This document shows, in pieces, positions 29,391 to 40,697 of a stretch of DNA of 64,000 nucleotides. The notes below the pieces were generated by a model, which was not told where the DNA came from, did no database searches, and was given only the letters and a program-made list of their open reading frames with translations. The first letter of the stretch is position 1. Each line of letters opens with the position of its first letter. The DNA is from Escherichia virus TH15: the sequence record MT446392.1; one strand, written 5' to 3'. The position numbers and the translations under genes were made by a program.

Positions 29391-29446
29391 AAAAAGTAGT
29401 GTACAAGTCCTTTGAGCTAAGGCATAATGATTCCATACTGAGTTAC
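29391..29446 (+). promoter_or_regulatory. Early promoter cassette copy 3 (after the gene 32 terminator)
   Basis: aaaaagtagtgtacaagtcc...gcataatgattccatactgagttac; -35 29400-29405, -10 29423-29428. Confidence 0.6.
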
Positions 29447-29471
29447 ACGATAAACAACCGAGGAAATTAAA

Positions 29472-29843
29472 ATGATGGAAACTGGTAAATTTTATACATT
29501 AGACCCTGCTGCCAAAAAACAATTCATCGCTGGTAGTCCTGATGACAATTCGCGCATGGTCAAGCTGATGGGACAACATGGCAGTTCCTTCAAAGTCCTG
29601 GATATGTGCTATATTGATGGCGATTATTTTGTCGAAAAAGTTGAAATGAAAGATGGCACCATCCTTGATAGTATGGATGGTGCTGATGAGTACTTTGAAC
29701 TCGCTGAGTGGGAATTCCGTCACTTCCTGGAAGTGGATGAAGCTCCAGCTCCTGTTGTTGACACGCAAACCATTCATGTGCAAGTCAATCACAAAAATGC
29801 TGCTGAAGTCATTGCCCTGATTAAAGCTACCTTTGGAATTTAA
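29472..29843 (+). CDS. Hypothetical early protein (paralog family member A)
   Basis: GKFYTLDPAAKKQFIAG and DEYFELAEWEF shared with the ORFs at 30166 and 43181; own promoter cassette upstream. Confidence 0.5.
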   Translation: MMETGKFYTLDPAAKKQFIAGSPDDNSRMVKLMGQHGSSFKVLDMCYIDGDYFVEKVEMKDGTILDSMDGADEYFELAEWEFRHFLEVDEAPAPVVDTQTIHVQVNHKNAAEVIALIKATFGI

Positions 29844-30106
29844 TATGACTAAAGATGATTTCCTGGATGCAGTAGAAAAAGCCAGCGAACAGTTTGAAGT
29901 GATGGGTGTACGTGTCCATAAAGACCGAAATTACGGACTTGATGTTCAAACGTATTCTCTATGGCTTGTAGGGCGAGCATAGTCTTGTAACCACTTTAGT
30001 TATGGGTGTAGATACTTATCCTTTGTTAGTCAAGTTCAGAAGTCTGGAAAAAGCTACTAAAGAAATGACCAAACTTGGTAAATGGCTCGACAAAATTTAA
30101 AAAGTT

Positions 30107-30135
30107 GTTTACAATATCTTTAAACATGATATTAT
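30107..30135 (+). promoter_or_regulatory. Early promoter (GTTTAC -35, 17-nt spacer, TATTAT -10)
   Basis: Matches the T4 early-promoter -35 consensus; followed by the agacctatcaa leader also seen at 30562. Confidence 0.55.
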
Positions 30136-30165
30136 AGACCTATCAAAACAAATGAGGAAATTAAA

Positions 30166-30528
30166 ATGGAAATCGGCAAAAAATATGAGTTCAATCCACA
30201 TCGTATTAAATCTTTCATTGATATTAGTTCATCAAATGCTAATATGGTCGACATCATCCAAGAAAATGGCGGTTGGTTTGAAGTTAAATCAATATCAAGT
30301 GCAGACGGTTATGATTATGTAACCGAAGTCATTTTTGCTAATGGCACAATCTATAATGATGATGGTATGGGTGACGAGTATTTTGAACTTAGTGAAGAAG
30401 AGTTTTATTGCTTCCGCGAATACTCCAGTTATACAAAAACACCTTCAGGAGCGGTTTCTATTAATTGTGTTGTAGATGCTAATAACGTTGACCAAATCAT
30501 TGAACTTCTACAAAAAGCTTTCAAATAG
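30166..30528 (+). CDS. Hypothetical early protein (paralog family member B)
   Basis: GKKYEFNP...DEYFELSEEEF and C-terminal IIELLQKAF parallel the ORF at 29472; own GTTTAC/TATTAT promoter. Confidence 0.5.
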   Translation: MEIGKKYEFNPHRIKSFIDISSSNANMVDIIQENGGWFEVKSISSADGYDYVTEVIFANGTIYNDDGMGDEYFELSEEEFYCFREYSSYTKTPSGAVSINCVVDANNVDQIIELLQKAFK

Positions 30529-30530
30529 CA

Positions 30531-30561
30531 GTTTACAAAGGGTCTATGGTTGAGATATTAT
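30531..30561 (+). promoter_or_regulatory. Early promoter (GTTTAC / TATTAT) with inverted repeat ggtctat / atagacc
   Basis: Sequence gtttacaaagggtctatggttgagatattatagacc. Confidence 0.5.
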
Positions 30562-30590
30562 AGACCTATCAATTACATGAGGAAAATAAA

Positions 30591-30818
30591 ATGGCTAAAG
30601 TTAATATTGATATCGTTGATTTTGAATACACTTATGAAGTTATCCGTAATCGTTATCCTTCTTTGAGTATGACTTACATCAAAGATACCCAATTCTTTAG
30701 TATCCAAATTGAAATCCAAGGTCCTCTTGAAGACCTGACTCGTTTTATGGCTGACGAGTATTGTGATGGTATGCATGCTGAAGATGCTGAATTTTATATG
30801 GGCTTAATCCAAAAATAA
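30591..30818 (+). CDS. Hypothetical early protein
   Basis: ORF with GAGGA SD and its own early promoter. Confidence 0.45.
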   Translation: MAKVNIDIVDFEYTYEVIRNRYPSLSMTYIKDTQFFSIQIEIQGPLEDLTRFMADEYCDGMHAEDAEFYMGLIQK

Positions 30819-30820
30819 AT

Positions 30821-30851
30821 GTTTACAACAGGGCTATGGTAGTGATACTAT
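30821..30851 (+). promoter_or_regulatory. Early promoter (GTTTAC / TACTAT) with inverted repeat ggctat / atagcc
   Basis: Sequence gtttacaacagggctatggtagtgatactatagcc. Confidence 0.5.
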
Positions 30852-30877
30852 AGCCTTACCAACTTGAGGAGAATAAA

Positions 30878-31117
30878 ATGAAATTAAAACGTGAGAGCAT
30901 CAAAGATTCAGAAGTTAAAGGTAAATGGTACTTCACAATCCAGGGTAACAATCCTGAAGCTCTGGAAAAAGCAGAAGAAACTTTGTGTGCAATGGGTTGG
31001 AAAGATGAGTGTGATGGTTGTCCTCTTTATGAAGATGGTAGCTCATCTGGTTTCTGGATTCACCACTCTGATGTTGACCAATTTAAAGCTGACTGGAAAA
31101 TCGCTAAGAAAGCGTGA
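30878..31117 (+). CDS. Hypothetical early protein
   Basis: ORF with GAGGAG SD and its own early promoter. Confidence 0.45.
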   Translation: MKLKRESIKDSEVKGKWYFTIQGNNPEALEKAEETLCAMGWKDECDGCPLYEDGSSSGFWIHHSDVDQFKADWKIAKKA

Positions 31118-31127
31118 GGAAAATATA

Positions 31128-32903
<1,776 letters not shown>

Positions 32904-32904
<1 letters not shown>

Positions 32905-33107
32905 TGAATATTCGTATAGTAAACAATAGATACGGCACCCGTGAGGTGCTGTTTGAAAAAATGAATATAAGTCTCGATGAACTGCCTAAAGAGAAAACAA
33001 CGATTTTTGTTCAGGGTAAAGAACTTTATGTTATGCGTGTGATTAAATCATATGAATATCACGATTTAACCCAGCACCAGTCTATCTGGTTTATTGTCGA
33101 GGTCTAA
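32904..33107 (+). CDS. Hypothetical protein
   Basis: 67-aa ORF coupled to the td stop. Confidence 0.35.
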
Positions 33108-33168
33108 TGAAAATTCAAATTGCCGGTATTTTATTTCTGGTCGTAATGGTCGGACTTAACTTCCTACT

Positions 33169-33468
33169 ATGAAAGCCTGTCGGGTTGTTAACAAATATCA
33201 ATCCGACTTTGATGTGAATATTCAACGGGGTACCATGTGGGGAAACCCATATAAAGATGGTACCCGAGAAGAAAACATAAAGAACTTTAAAGAATATTTC
33301 ATATCAAAGATTAAATCGGGTGAAATCAAAAGAGAACACCTTGAAACCCTACGCGGAATGCGATTGGCCTGTACATGCAAACCAAAAGCATGCCATGGCG
33401 ATGTTATCGCCCTGGTCGTTAACAAACTTTTCAAAGATACCTTTTCGCTCGAGGATTTGGGAGCATAA
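33169..33468 (+). CDS. Small conserved protein with CTC...CHGD motif (possibly DUF4326-like)
   Basis: 99 aa; RVVN...GTMWGNPY...LACTCKPKACHGDVIALV pattern recalled from DUF4326-type proteins; assignment from memory only. Confidence 0.45.
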   Translation: MKACRVVNKYQSDFDVNIQRGTMWGNPYKDGTREENIKNFKEYFISKIKSGEIKREHLETLRGMRLACTCKPKACHGDVIALVVNKLFKDTFSLEDLGA

Positions 33469-33527
33469 ATACGATTCCGCTTCAGGGCACTGTGATATAA
33501 TTATTTAAAATTTAATGAGAGGAAATT

Positions 33528-33773
33528 ATGAATTTACGATTTAAACGCCAGACTGGCGAAGTCATTTTTGAAATGCTGCAATTTACCGAACAGGATTTAC
33601 CGGCACCAAATTCTTATATCACTATTGACGGAATCAAATTTCTGGCCAAACGTCATGAACGTGTCTACTGTCATGATTCAGCCGGTGACGTCCAGTCATA
33701 TTTTGACATCACCATCCAGTCAGAAGAAGAATATAATGATGAAATGTCTTCGGAACTGCCAGAGTCAATTTAA
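33528..33773 (+). CDS. Hypothetical protein (acidic)
   Basis: ORF with GAGAGG SD. Confidence 0.45.
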   Translation: MNLRFKRQTGEVIFEMLQFTEQDLPAPNSYITIDGIKFLAKRHERVYCHDSAGDVQSYFDITIQSEEEYNDEMSSELPESI

Positions 33774-33806
33774 GGTTCCCAACCCTTTTGAACTATAGAG
33801 GAAAAC

Positions 33807-36062
33807 ATGCAAGTACAAAAAAGTAGTGGTGTCTCTCAAGATTTTGATGGCCAGAAAATTATTAAAGTTCTTTCCTGGTCATGTGAAGGAACTAATATCG
33901 ACCCGTATGAATTATACGAAACAATCAAACCACATCTGCGCGATGGTATGACTACCCGCGATATTCAGACGGTTATCATCAAAGTGTCTGCTGGGCTTAT
34001 TTCGGTCGAAGAACCGGATTATCAATATGTTGCAGCGAAGGCTACGATGTTTGCTCTGCGTAAAGATGTTTATGGGCAATTCGAGCCACGTTCTTTTATT
34101 GACCAGATTTCTTATTGTGTTAATGAAGGCAAATATGACCCGGAACTGTTGTCAAGCTACTCCGCCGAAGAGATTACTTATCTGGAATCTCGTATCAAGC
34201 ACGAACGCGATTTTGACCTGACTTATGCAGGCGCGATGCAGTTGAAAGAGAAATACCTGGTTAAAGATAAAACCACTGGTAAAATCTACGAGACTCCACA
34301 ATTCGCTATCATGGCTATCGGCATGGCACTGTACCAGGATGAACCAACGGACCGTCTGAAGCACATTTGCCGTTTTTATGATGCAGTATCCACAAGACAG
34401 GTTTCGTTGCCCACACCTATCATGGCGGGCGCCAGAACACCCACCAGGCAGTTCAGTTCCTGCGTGGTTATCGAAGCTGCAGACTCCCTGAAGTCAATCA
34501 ATAAGACTGCCAATTCAATCATCGAATATATCAGTAAGCGTGCGGGTATCGGCATCAACGTTGGTATGATTCGTGCTGAAGGTTCGAAAATCGGTATGGG
34601 TGAAGTTCGTCATACTGGTGTTATTCCGTTCTGGAAACATTTCCAAACGGCTGTTAAATCCTGTTCACAAGGTGGAATCCGTGGCGGCGCTGCTACTGCT
34701 TATTATCCTTTATGGCATTTGGAAGTTGAAAATTTACTCGTTCTGAAGAACAACAAGGGCGTTGAAGAAAACCGCATCAGACATATGGACTATGGTGTCC
34801 AGTTGAATAACATGATGATGGAACGTCTGGCTAAGAATGATTACATCACTCTGTTTAGTCCACATGAAGCTGGTGGTGAATTGTATTATTCATATTTTGA
34901 TAACCCGGATAAATTCCGCGAGTTATATGAAGCCTTAGAAAAAGACCCGACAGTTCGTAAGAAACGTATCAAAGCAAAAGACCTGTTCGAATTATTCATG
35001 ACCGAACGTTCCGGCACTGCCCGAGTTTATCCACAGTTCGTTGATAACGTGAATGACTATACTCCGTTCATCCGCGATAAGGCTCCGATTCGTCAATCAA
35101 ACCTTTGTTGTGAAATTGCAATCCCGACTACTGATGTAAACAGCGAAGATGCTGAAATCGGATTGTGCACATTGTCTGCATTTGTTCTGGATAGTTTTGA
35201 CTGGCAGGACCAAGATAAGATTAACGAGCTGGCTGAAGTTCAAGTTCGTGCTCTTGATAATCTGTTGGACTACCAAGGTTATCCGGTTAAAGAAGCTCTG
35301 AAAGCCAAAAAACGTCGCAACTTGGGCGTTGGTGTTACCAACTACGCTGCATGGCTGGCAAGCAATTTCGCTTCCTACGCCGATGCAAACGATTTAACCC
35401 ATGAATTATTTGAGAGATTACAATATGGCCTTATCCGAGCATCCATCAAGCTCGCCAAAGAAAAAGGACCTTGCGAATATTATTCAGACACTCGTTGGGC
35501 TCGAGGCGAATTACCTATCGACTGGTACAATAAAAAGATTGACCAAATCGCAGCTCCAAACTACGTTTGTGACTGGGCGCAGCTGCGGGAAGACCTGGTT
35601 GCACATGGCATCCGTAATAGCACCTTATCTGCGCTCATGCCTTGCGAGTCGAGCAGCCAAGTTTCAAATAGTACCAACGGTATCGAACCTCCGCGTGGTC
35701 CAGTAAGTATTAAGGAAAGTAAAGAAGGTTCCTTTAACCAGGTTGTTCCAAATATCGAGCATAATAAAGGATTGTACGATTACGCATGGGTACTGGCTAA
35801 ACAAGGTAATAAACCTTATCTGACTCAAGTCGCGATTATGTTGAAATGGATTTGTCAGTCAGCATCAGCAAACACTTATTATGACCCGCAGAATTATCCG
35901 AAAGGAAAAGTTCCGATGTCAGTTATGCTTGACGACTTGATGTACGGTTGGTATTATGGAATCAAGAATTTTTACTATCACAATACTCGTGATGGCTCGG
36001 GAACTGACGATTACGAATTGGAAATGCCAAAAGCTGATGATTGCTCGGCATGTAAACTGTAA
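33807..36062 (+). CDS. nrdA: Ribonucleotide reductase class Ia large subunit
   Basis: 751 aa versus T4 754 aa; ATP-cone N-terminus and catalytic-site motifs (NLCCEI, PCESSSQ). Confidence 0.95.
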   Translation: MQVQKSSGVSQDFDGQKIIKVLSWSCEGTNIDPYELYETIKPHLRDGMTTRDIQTVIIKVSAGLISVEEPDYQYVAAKATMFALRKDVYGQFEPRSFIDQISYCVNEGKYDPELLSSYSAEEITYLESRIKHERDFDLTYAGAMQLKEKYLVKDKTTGKIYETPQFAIMAIGMALYQDEPTDRLKHICRFYDAVSTRQVSLPTPIMAGARTPTRQFSSCVVIEAADSLKSINKTANSIIEYISKRAGIGINVGMIRAEGSKIGMGEVRHTGVIPFWKHFQTAVKSCSQGGIRGGAATAYYPLWHLEVENLLVLKNNKGVEENRIRHMDYGVQLNNMMMERLAKNDYITLFSPHEAGGELYYSYFDNPDKFRELYEALEKDPTVRKKRIKAKDLFELFMTERSGTARVYPQFVDNVNDYTPFIRDKAPIRQSNLCCEIAIPTTDVNSEDAEIGLCTLSAFVLDSFDWQDQDKINELAEVQVRALDNLLDYQGYPVKEALKAKKRRNLGVGVTNYAAWLASNFASYADANDLTHELFERLQYGLIRASIKLAKEKGPCEYYSDTRWARGELPIDWYNKKIDQIAAPNYVCDWAQLREDLVAHGIRNSTLSALMPCESSSQVSNSTNGIEPPRGPVSIKESKEGSFNQVVPNIEHNKGLYDYAWVLAKQGNKPYLTQVAIMLKWICQSASANTYYDPQNYPKGKVPMSVMLDDLMYGWYYGIKNFYYHNTRDGSGTDDYELEMPKADDCSACKL

Positions 36063-36790
36063 TGAATTATCAAAACATTTATAATAATTTAATATCCCGG
36101 GGTAAAACCCGGGAACCTTTAGCCGAATATAAAGAGATTCATCATATTATCCCAAGATGTATGGGTGGTACTGATGAAAAGACAAACCTTGTCGAGTTAA
36201 CAGCTCGAGAACATTTTATTGCTCATTTACTTTTATGCAAAATAAATCCCGGTCATTTTGGATTAGTCTCGGCCCTAACTTTAATGGCAACAGATAAAGC
36301 TGGAAATCGTATTAATAATAAATTGTATAGTTTCCATCGAAAGCTATTTGCCAAAGCAAATTCCGAATTCTTTAAGGAACACTGGAAAAATAACCCACAC
36401 CCCCGCGGTATGTTGGGTAAGCATCACAGTGAAGAATCTAAACAAATTGTAAGCGAAAAGAATAAGTTAGCTGTTCCATCTACAGAAATTTATCAATTTA
36501 CTCTCGATGGTGAATTTGTTGAAAAATTTAGGTCATTACAAGAGGCGGCGAGGACTGTAAATGGAAACGCGTCAAACATCAAGTATTGTGCAAGTGGAAA
36601 ATTTCAATATGCGTATGGATTTAGATGGTCATATTCGCTTCAACCCACATTTGATAAAATAACTCCACGACAATATAAAGGTGCCCGTGGTAAAATCTGT
36701 ATTAATGACGGGTTTACAAATAAATTAATTGAATCCTCTGAAATTATCCCCGATGGATGGGTCAGAGGAAGGATAAAGGTTAATAAATGA
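36062..36790 (+). CDS. HNH homing endonuclease (mobE-like, free-standing between nrdA and nrdB)
   Basis: HHIIPRCMGGTDEKTNLVELTAREHFIAH HNH motif near the N-terminus; C-terminal DNA-binding-type repeats; same location as T4 mobE. Confidence 0.7.
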   Translation: MNYQNIYNNLISRGKTREPLAEYKEIHHIIPRCMGGTDEKTNLVELTAREHFIAHLLLCKINPGHFGLVSALTLMATDKAGNRINNKLYSFHRKLFAKANSEFFKEHWKNNPHPRGMLGKHHSEESKQIVSEKNKLAVPSTEIYQFTLDGEFVEKFRSLQEAARTVNGNASNIKYCASGKFQYAYGFRWSYSLQPTFDKITPRQYKGARGKICINDGFTNKLIESSEIIPDGWVRGRIKVNK

Positions 36791-37965
36791 GTACAGTTTT
36801 TAACACCAAACAAGTCGATGTTTTGGAGGAGCCGATGTTCTTCGGTTCCGGATTGGGCATCGCCCGTTATGATATCCAACGTCATAAGGTATTTGAAGAA
36901 CTTACTGAAAAATCCCTCTCATTTTTCTGGCGGCCAGAGGAAGTCAACCTGATGATGGATGGAGCCCAATTTAATAAGCTTCCTGAACATCAACAAAATA
37001 TTTTTACCAACAACCTGAAATACCAATCACTTCTGGATAGTATCCAGGGTCGTGCTCCAGCTGCAGCATTAGCCGCATTAGTTTCCGACCCAAGTCTTGA
37101 TACATGGATTCAGACCTGGACATTCAGCGAGACAATTCACTCTCGTTCTTATACGCACATAATGCGAAATCTCTATACGGACCCGGCGAAGGTATTCGAC
37201 GAAATCCTGTTAGATGATGCAATTATGAAGCGCGCAGAATCTATCGGTCATTACTATGATGATGTTCTGAATAAAACTCGTCAATGGCAAAACCAGATTG
37301 CTTTTGTTGAACTGGCCAAAGAAACTCCCGAAGCGGACGAACGTTTGGAACGAGCTATCAAACAAGAAGCTATTGCCAAACGAGCATTGATGAAGTCTCT
37401 TTATCTCTGTCTGCACGTTATTAACGCCCTGGAAGCTATTCGTTTTTATGTATCTTTTGCTTGTACTTTCAACTTCCATAAAAACATGGAAATCATGGAA
37501 GGTAATGCGAAGATAATGAAGTTCATCGCCCGTGATGAACAGCTCCACCTTAAGGGGACCCAATATATTCTTCGTCAGTTGCAGACTGGCACCGACGGTG
37601 ACGAATGGGTTAAAATTGCTCAAGAATGTGAAGCAGAAGCCGCAGCTATTTTCATGGAAGTTAATCGCCAGGAAAAAGAATGGGCCGTGCATCTGTTTAA
37701 AGATGGTGGACTCCCTGGGCTGAGCGTCGAGATTCTTAACCGGTTCATCGATTACCTGACAGTTTCTCGTATGAAGCAATGCGGTCTCCCTTGTGAAATC
37801 GTGTTAGAATCTACTAAGCACCCGATTCCATGGATTCGCGAATATCTCAATTCTGATAATGTGCAATCAGCACCACAAGAAGTTGAGTTGTCCGCTTACC
37901 TGGTAGCCCAGATTGACAATGACGTCGATGAGAATGTTCTTGCTGGTTTCCGTAAATATCTATAA
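36787..37965 (+). CDS. nrdB: Ribonucleotide reductase small subunit, intron-less
   Basis: 392 aa versus T4 388 aa; di-iron ligand motifs (E..H) and conserved C-terminus. Confidence 0.95.
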   Translation: MSTVFNTKQVDVLEEPMFFGSGLGIARYDIQRHKVFEELTEKSLSFFWRPEEVNLMMDGAQFNKLPEHQQNIFTNNLKYQSLLDSIQGRAPAAALAALVSDPSLDTWIQTWTFSETIHSRSYTHIMRNLYTDPAKVFDEILLDDAIMKRAESIGHYYDDVLNKTRQWQNQIAFVELAKETPEADERLERAIKQEAIAKRALMKSLYLCLHVINALEAIRFYVSFACTFNFHKNMEIMEGNAKIMKFIARDEQLHLKGTQYILRQLQTGTDGDEWVKIAQECEAEAAAIFMEVNRQEKEWAVHLFKDGGLPGLSVEILNRFIDYLTVSRMKQCGLPCEIVLESTKHPIPWIREYLNSDNVQSAPQEVELSAYLVAQIDNDVDENVLAGFRKYL

Positions 37966-37967
37966 GG

Positions 37968-37988
37968 AAAGGGCTTCGGCCCTTTTTG
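37968..37988 (+). terminator. Intrinsic terminator downstream of nrdB
   Basis: aagggcttcggccctttttg. Confidence 0.65.
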
Positions 37989-37991
37989 TCT

Positions 37992-38402
37992 ATGAAACAA
38001 ATCGCTGACGAATACAGTTTTATAAAATATGCGGAGTTAGAGTTAGTCGATGGTAAAATCCCTATCCTTACTCTCGCAAACAAGAAAAATGTTATCTACG
38101 CTATTTCAGTTGACGACGAACTAGTGTATATTGGTAAGACGAACAACCTGAAGAAGCGAATCAATTATTACCGGACTGCAATCAATCGTATAGAACAAAC
38201 GAGTGATTCAAACAAATCCCGGATGATACATGAAGCTTTACAAGAAGGCAAAAAGGTGGTATTCTATGCACGACAATGTTTCAATCTGTCAATGACCAAT
38301 GAACTTGGTACGATGTCAGTCGAAACGATGTCTCTGGAAGAGCCGATGTTCATCAAGCTTTTTAATCCCCCGTGGAATTACCAACATAAGGTGAAGAAAT
38401 GA
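37992..38402 (+). CDS. denA: Endonuclease II (GIY-YIG)
   Basis: IADEYSFIKYAELEL, VIYAISVDDELVYIGKTNNLKKRINYYRTAINR and FYARQCFNLSMTNELGT are near-identical to remembered T4 DenA. Track start 37986 is TTG. Confidence 0.9.
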   Translation: MKQIADEYSFIKYAELELVDGKIPILTLANKKNVIYAISVDDELVYIGKTNNLKKRINYYRTAINRIEQTSDSNKSRMIHEALQEGKKVVFYARQCFNLSMTNELGTMSVETMSLEEPMFIKLFNPPWNYQHKVKK

Positions 38403-39535
38403 TTGAATTATATGATAACTTAATGAAGCTTTGCGCTGAATCCGATAAAGGTAAGTTTTTCTATACGGATTTTGTTTCTCCATTTGAAACTAAGTTCCGC
38501 ATCTTTAGCTATAACTATGCTTCCTATAGCGATTGGCTCCTTGATGATGCATTAGAGTGCCGCGGCATTATGTTTGAAATGGATGCAGATGGCCCAGTTC
38601 GTATTGCAGCTCGTCCTATGGAAAAGTTCTTTAACTTGGGCGAAAATCCGTTGACCATGGATATCAATATGGATGAAGTTGCGCTGGTCATGACCAAGGC
38701 TGATGGCTCTCTTGTCTCCACTTATATGGACCAGACCAACATTGCCTTTAAATCAAAGGGGTCAATCAAAAGCTCCCAGGCAGCAGAAGCACTACAGGTA
38801 TTCAAACAAGAACACCGTATAGCTTTCCGTGAGCGCGTAACTGAAATTACTGAAGCTGGTTATACATGCAATATGGAATATGTTGCACCAACCAACCGCA
38901 TTGTTTTGCCTTACCAGGAACGTGACCTGATTTTACTGAACGTTCGCCATAATGAAACTGGTGAATATATCCCTTATCAGGATTTGTTTAAAGATGCCGC
39001 GCTTCGCCCATTCCTGGTTGAAGCATATGACCCGGCTACAATTGAAAACGTCCGTGATATGAAAGAGATTGAAGGCTTTGTCTATGAGCTGGCTGACGGT
39101 CGCAAATTTAAAGTTAAGACAGAATGGTATTGTGCTTTACACCATACCAAGGATTCTGTTAACAATAACCAGCGTCTTTTTGAAGTTGTTGTTGCAGGCG
39201 GTGCAGATGATGTTATTGCCATGTTTACTGGCGATGATTATGCTCGTGAAAAAGTTAATGCCTTTACCATTGCACATCTGGATTATCTGTCCAATACCCT
39301 GGGACTGTTGCTTGATGCCCAGAAACAGTTGGCGGGAAAAGACCGACGCGAGTTTGCGATTAAAGGTCAAGAGTTGTGTAAACCATATCCGGGTTTGTTC
39401 TCCGTATTAATGAACACCTATCAACGTCCCCAGGAAACAGAGCAAACCATCGCTCAAATCAATAATGTTTTCCTTAAAAATCATAAACTTTACATCCCGG
39501 TGGACTACCAAGCGGATGTAATCCTGCCTGAATAA
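38399..39535 (+). CDS. 63: RNA ligase 1 (T4 gene 63 product)
   Basis: 378 aa versus T4 374 aa; FRIFSYNYASYSDWLLDDALECRGIMFEMD, lysine-nucleotidyl motif TKADGSLVSTYMD. Confidence 0.9.
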   Translation: MIELYDNLMKLCAESDKGKFFYTDFVSPFETKFRIFSYNYASYSDWLLDDALECRGIMFEMDADGPVRIAARPMEKFFNLGENPLTMDINMDEVALVMTKADGSLVSTYMDQTNIAFKSKGSIKSSQAAEALQVFKQEHRIAFRERVTEITEAGYTCNMEYVAPTNRIVLPYQERDLILLNVRHNETGEYIPYQDLFKDAALRPFLVEAYDPATIENVRDMKEIEGFVYELADGRKFKVKTEWYCALHHTKDSVNNNQRLFEVVVAGGADDVIAMFTGDDYAREKVNAFTIAHLDYLSNTLGLLLDAQKQLAGKDRREFAIKGQELCKPYPGLFSVLMNTYQRPQETEQTIAQINNVFLKNHKLYIPVDYQADVILPE

Positions 39536-39545
39536 TAAAAAGGGG

Positions 39546-39574
39546 TGTACAAGCCCCTTCTTTCTATACATAAT
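39546..39574 (+). promoter_or_regulatory. Early promoter whose -35 (TGTACA) lies in the loop of the preceding terminator hairpin
   Basis: Hairpin ggggtgtacaagcccc; CATAAT at 39569-39574 with 17-nt spacer. Confidence 0.5.
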
Positions 39575-39605
39575 GGTTCCATCAACTACTGATGAGGACC
39601 AAACC

Positions 39606-39839
39606 ATGTTAAACTTAATTACAAATGACAGAGTTACAAAGGCATATGGTGACAGAAATGATGGAATCTATGTCTACAAGGGAGACCGCCGGATTGGTTT
39701 CATTACTGACCTGAAGGCCAAATTGTTAAAAGAACTGAAAGACCAAACAGGTGATTCTGGGTTTAGAGCAAGAGCTAAAAAGAAAGATGAGCGCCTGGGT
39801 GCAAACTCTTTTGGTCCTAGAGGTTATAACCGCTATTGA
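39606..39839 (+). CDS. Small protein paralogous to the N-terminal segment of the downstream alc-position protein
   Basis: 77 aa; shares YGDRxDGIYVYKG...GF(I/L)TDL(K/R)xKL with the ORF at 39850; GAGGA SD; preceded by a promoter. Confidence 0.4.
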   Translation: MLNLITNDRVTKAYGDRNDGIYVYKGDRRIGFITDLKAKLLKELKDQTGDSGFRARAKKKDERLGANSFGPRGYNRY

Positions 39840-39849
39840 GGAAAATATT

Positions 39850-40353
39850 ATGAATATGCAACTGATTTCAAATGATATGATTGTTGATGTATATGGTGAC
39901 CGCCATGACGGAATCTATGTTTATAAGGGTTCCAAAAATGTTGGGTTCCTTACTGACTTAAGAAAGAAACTGGCGTCTGATAATAAGTTGAAGACCAAAC
40001 AGAAGGAATATCGCAATAAGAAATCAGAAGAGCGGAAAGAAGCCCTTCATGAATCTGTTCCAGAAATGGTTGACTTCTTAAAGAACCATTTGGTTAAATA
40101 TGATGCAGAAGTGTTCATCAATCAGACCCAACCTAATGTGCATATCAATGGATGTGTTTGTTATGTTGTGGTTGAACCCCTGACACTTCAACACCGCCTG
40201 GGAATTAAACACCCAGTGTTAACCCAGGATGATATGGCGGATGAAGTTGGTAATCAGTTCCGCATTTCAGCATCTGACAGTACAAATCACATCCTCCTGA
40301 ATGGTTTATCCCAGGATGATATTGTTGAGGTAATCATCAAGTTATGCAAATAA
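39850..40353 (+). CDS. alc: Alc-position protein (candidate host-transcription terminator Alc)
   Basis: Exactly 167 aa like T4 Alc and located directly after RNA ligase 1 as in T4; sequence identity not verified from memory. Confidence 0.55.
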   Translation: MNMQLISNDMIVDVYGDRHDGIYVYKGSKNVGFLTDLRKKLASDNKLKTKQKEYRNKKSEERKEALHESVPEMVDFLKNHLVKYDAEVFINQTQPNVHINGCVCYVVVEPLTLQHRLGIKHPVLTQDDMADEVGNQFRISASDSTNHILLNGLSQDDIVEVIIKLCK

Positions 40354-40697
40354 GTAATCTAACTGCAGGGCTTATGCTCGCCCTGGTAGTAACTGCTGGT
40401 AGTGGTTTCTATCTAAAAGCAAAAGTGGATAATCTCAAGACAGAGGTGGCTGCGGTCACCAAAGTTGCAGAAGATAACGCGAAAAATCTACAATCAATAA
40501 AAGACCAGGTTAATCAAATTAATCTCCTTGACCAGGAGCGCCAGGAATATGTTGAACTTCTGCAAAAGGAAAATGATAAACTTCGTGCAGACGCAAAACG
40601 TGCTAAGGTTGTGGCGGCTAAGCCTAAATTAGTTGAAAAACAGATTAATCAGTCCTTTGATAAGTTTGCCCAGGACTTCCAGGAGCTCACCAAATGA
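40344..40697 (+). CDS. i-spanin (Rz-like, pseT.3 analogue)
   Basis: N-terminal TM helix followed by a long charged coiled-coil; overlaps the following lipoprotein gene. Confidence 0.6.
   Translation: MQISNLTAGLMLALVVTAGSGFYLKAKVDNLKTEVAAVTKVAEDNAKNLQSIKDQVNQINLLDQERQEYVELLQKENDKLRADAKRAKVVAAKPKLVEKQINQSFDKFAQDFQELTK

Noticed and set aside
28415-29392. 325-aa minus-strand ORF covering the whole gene 32 locus
   Set aside because: Entirely antisense to the unmistakable gp32 gene with no independent start or SD signals; treated as a spurious open frame.
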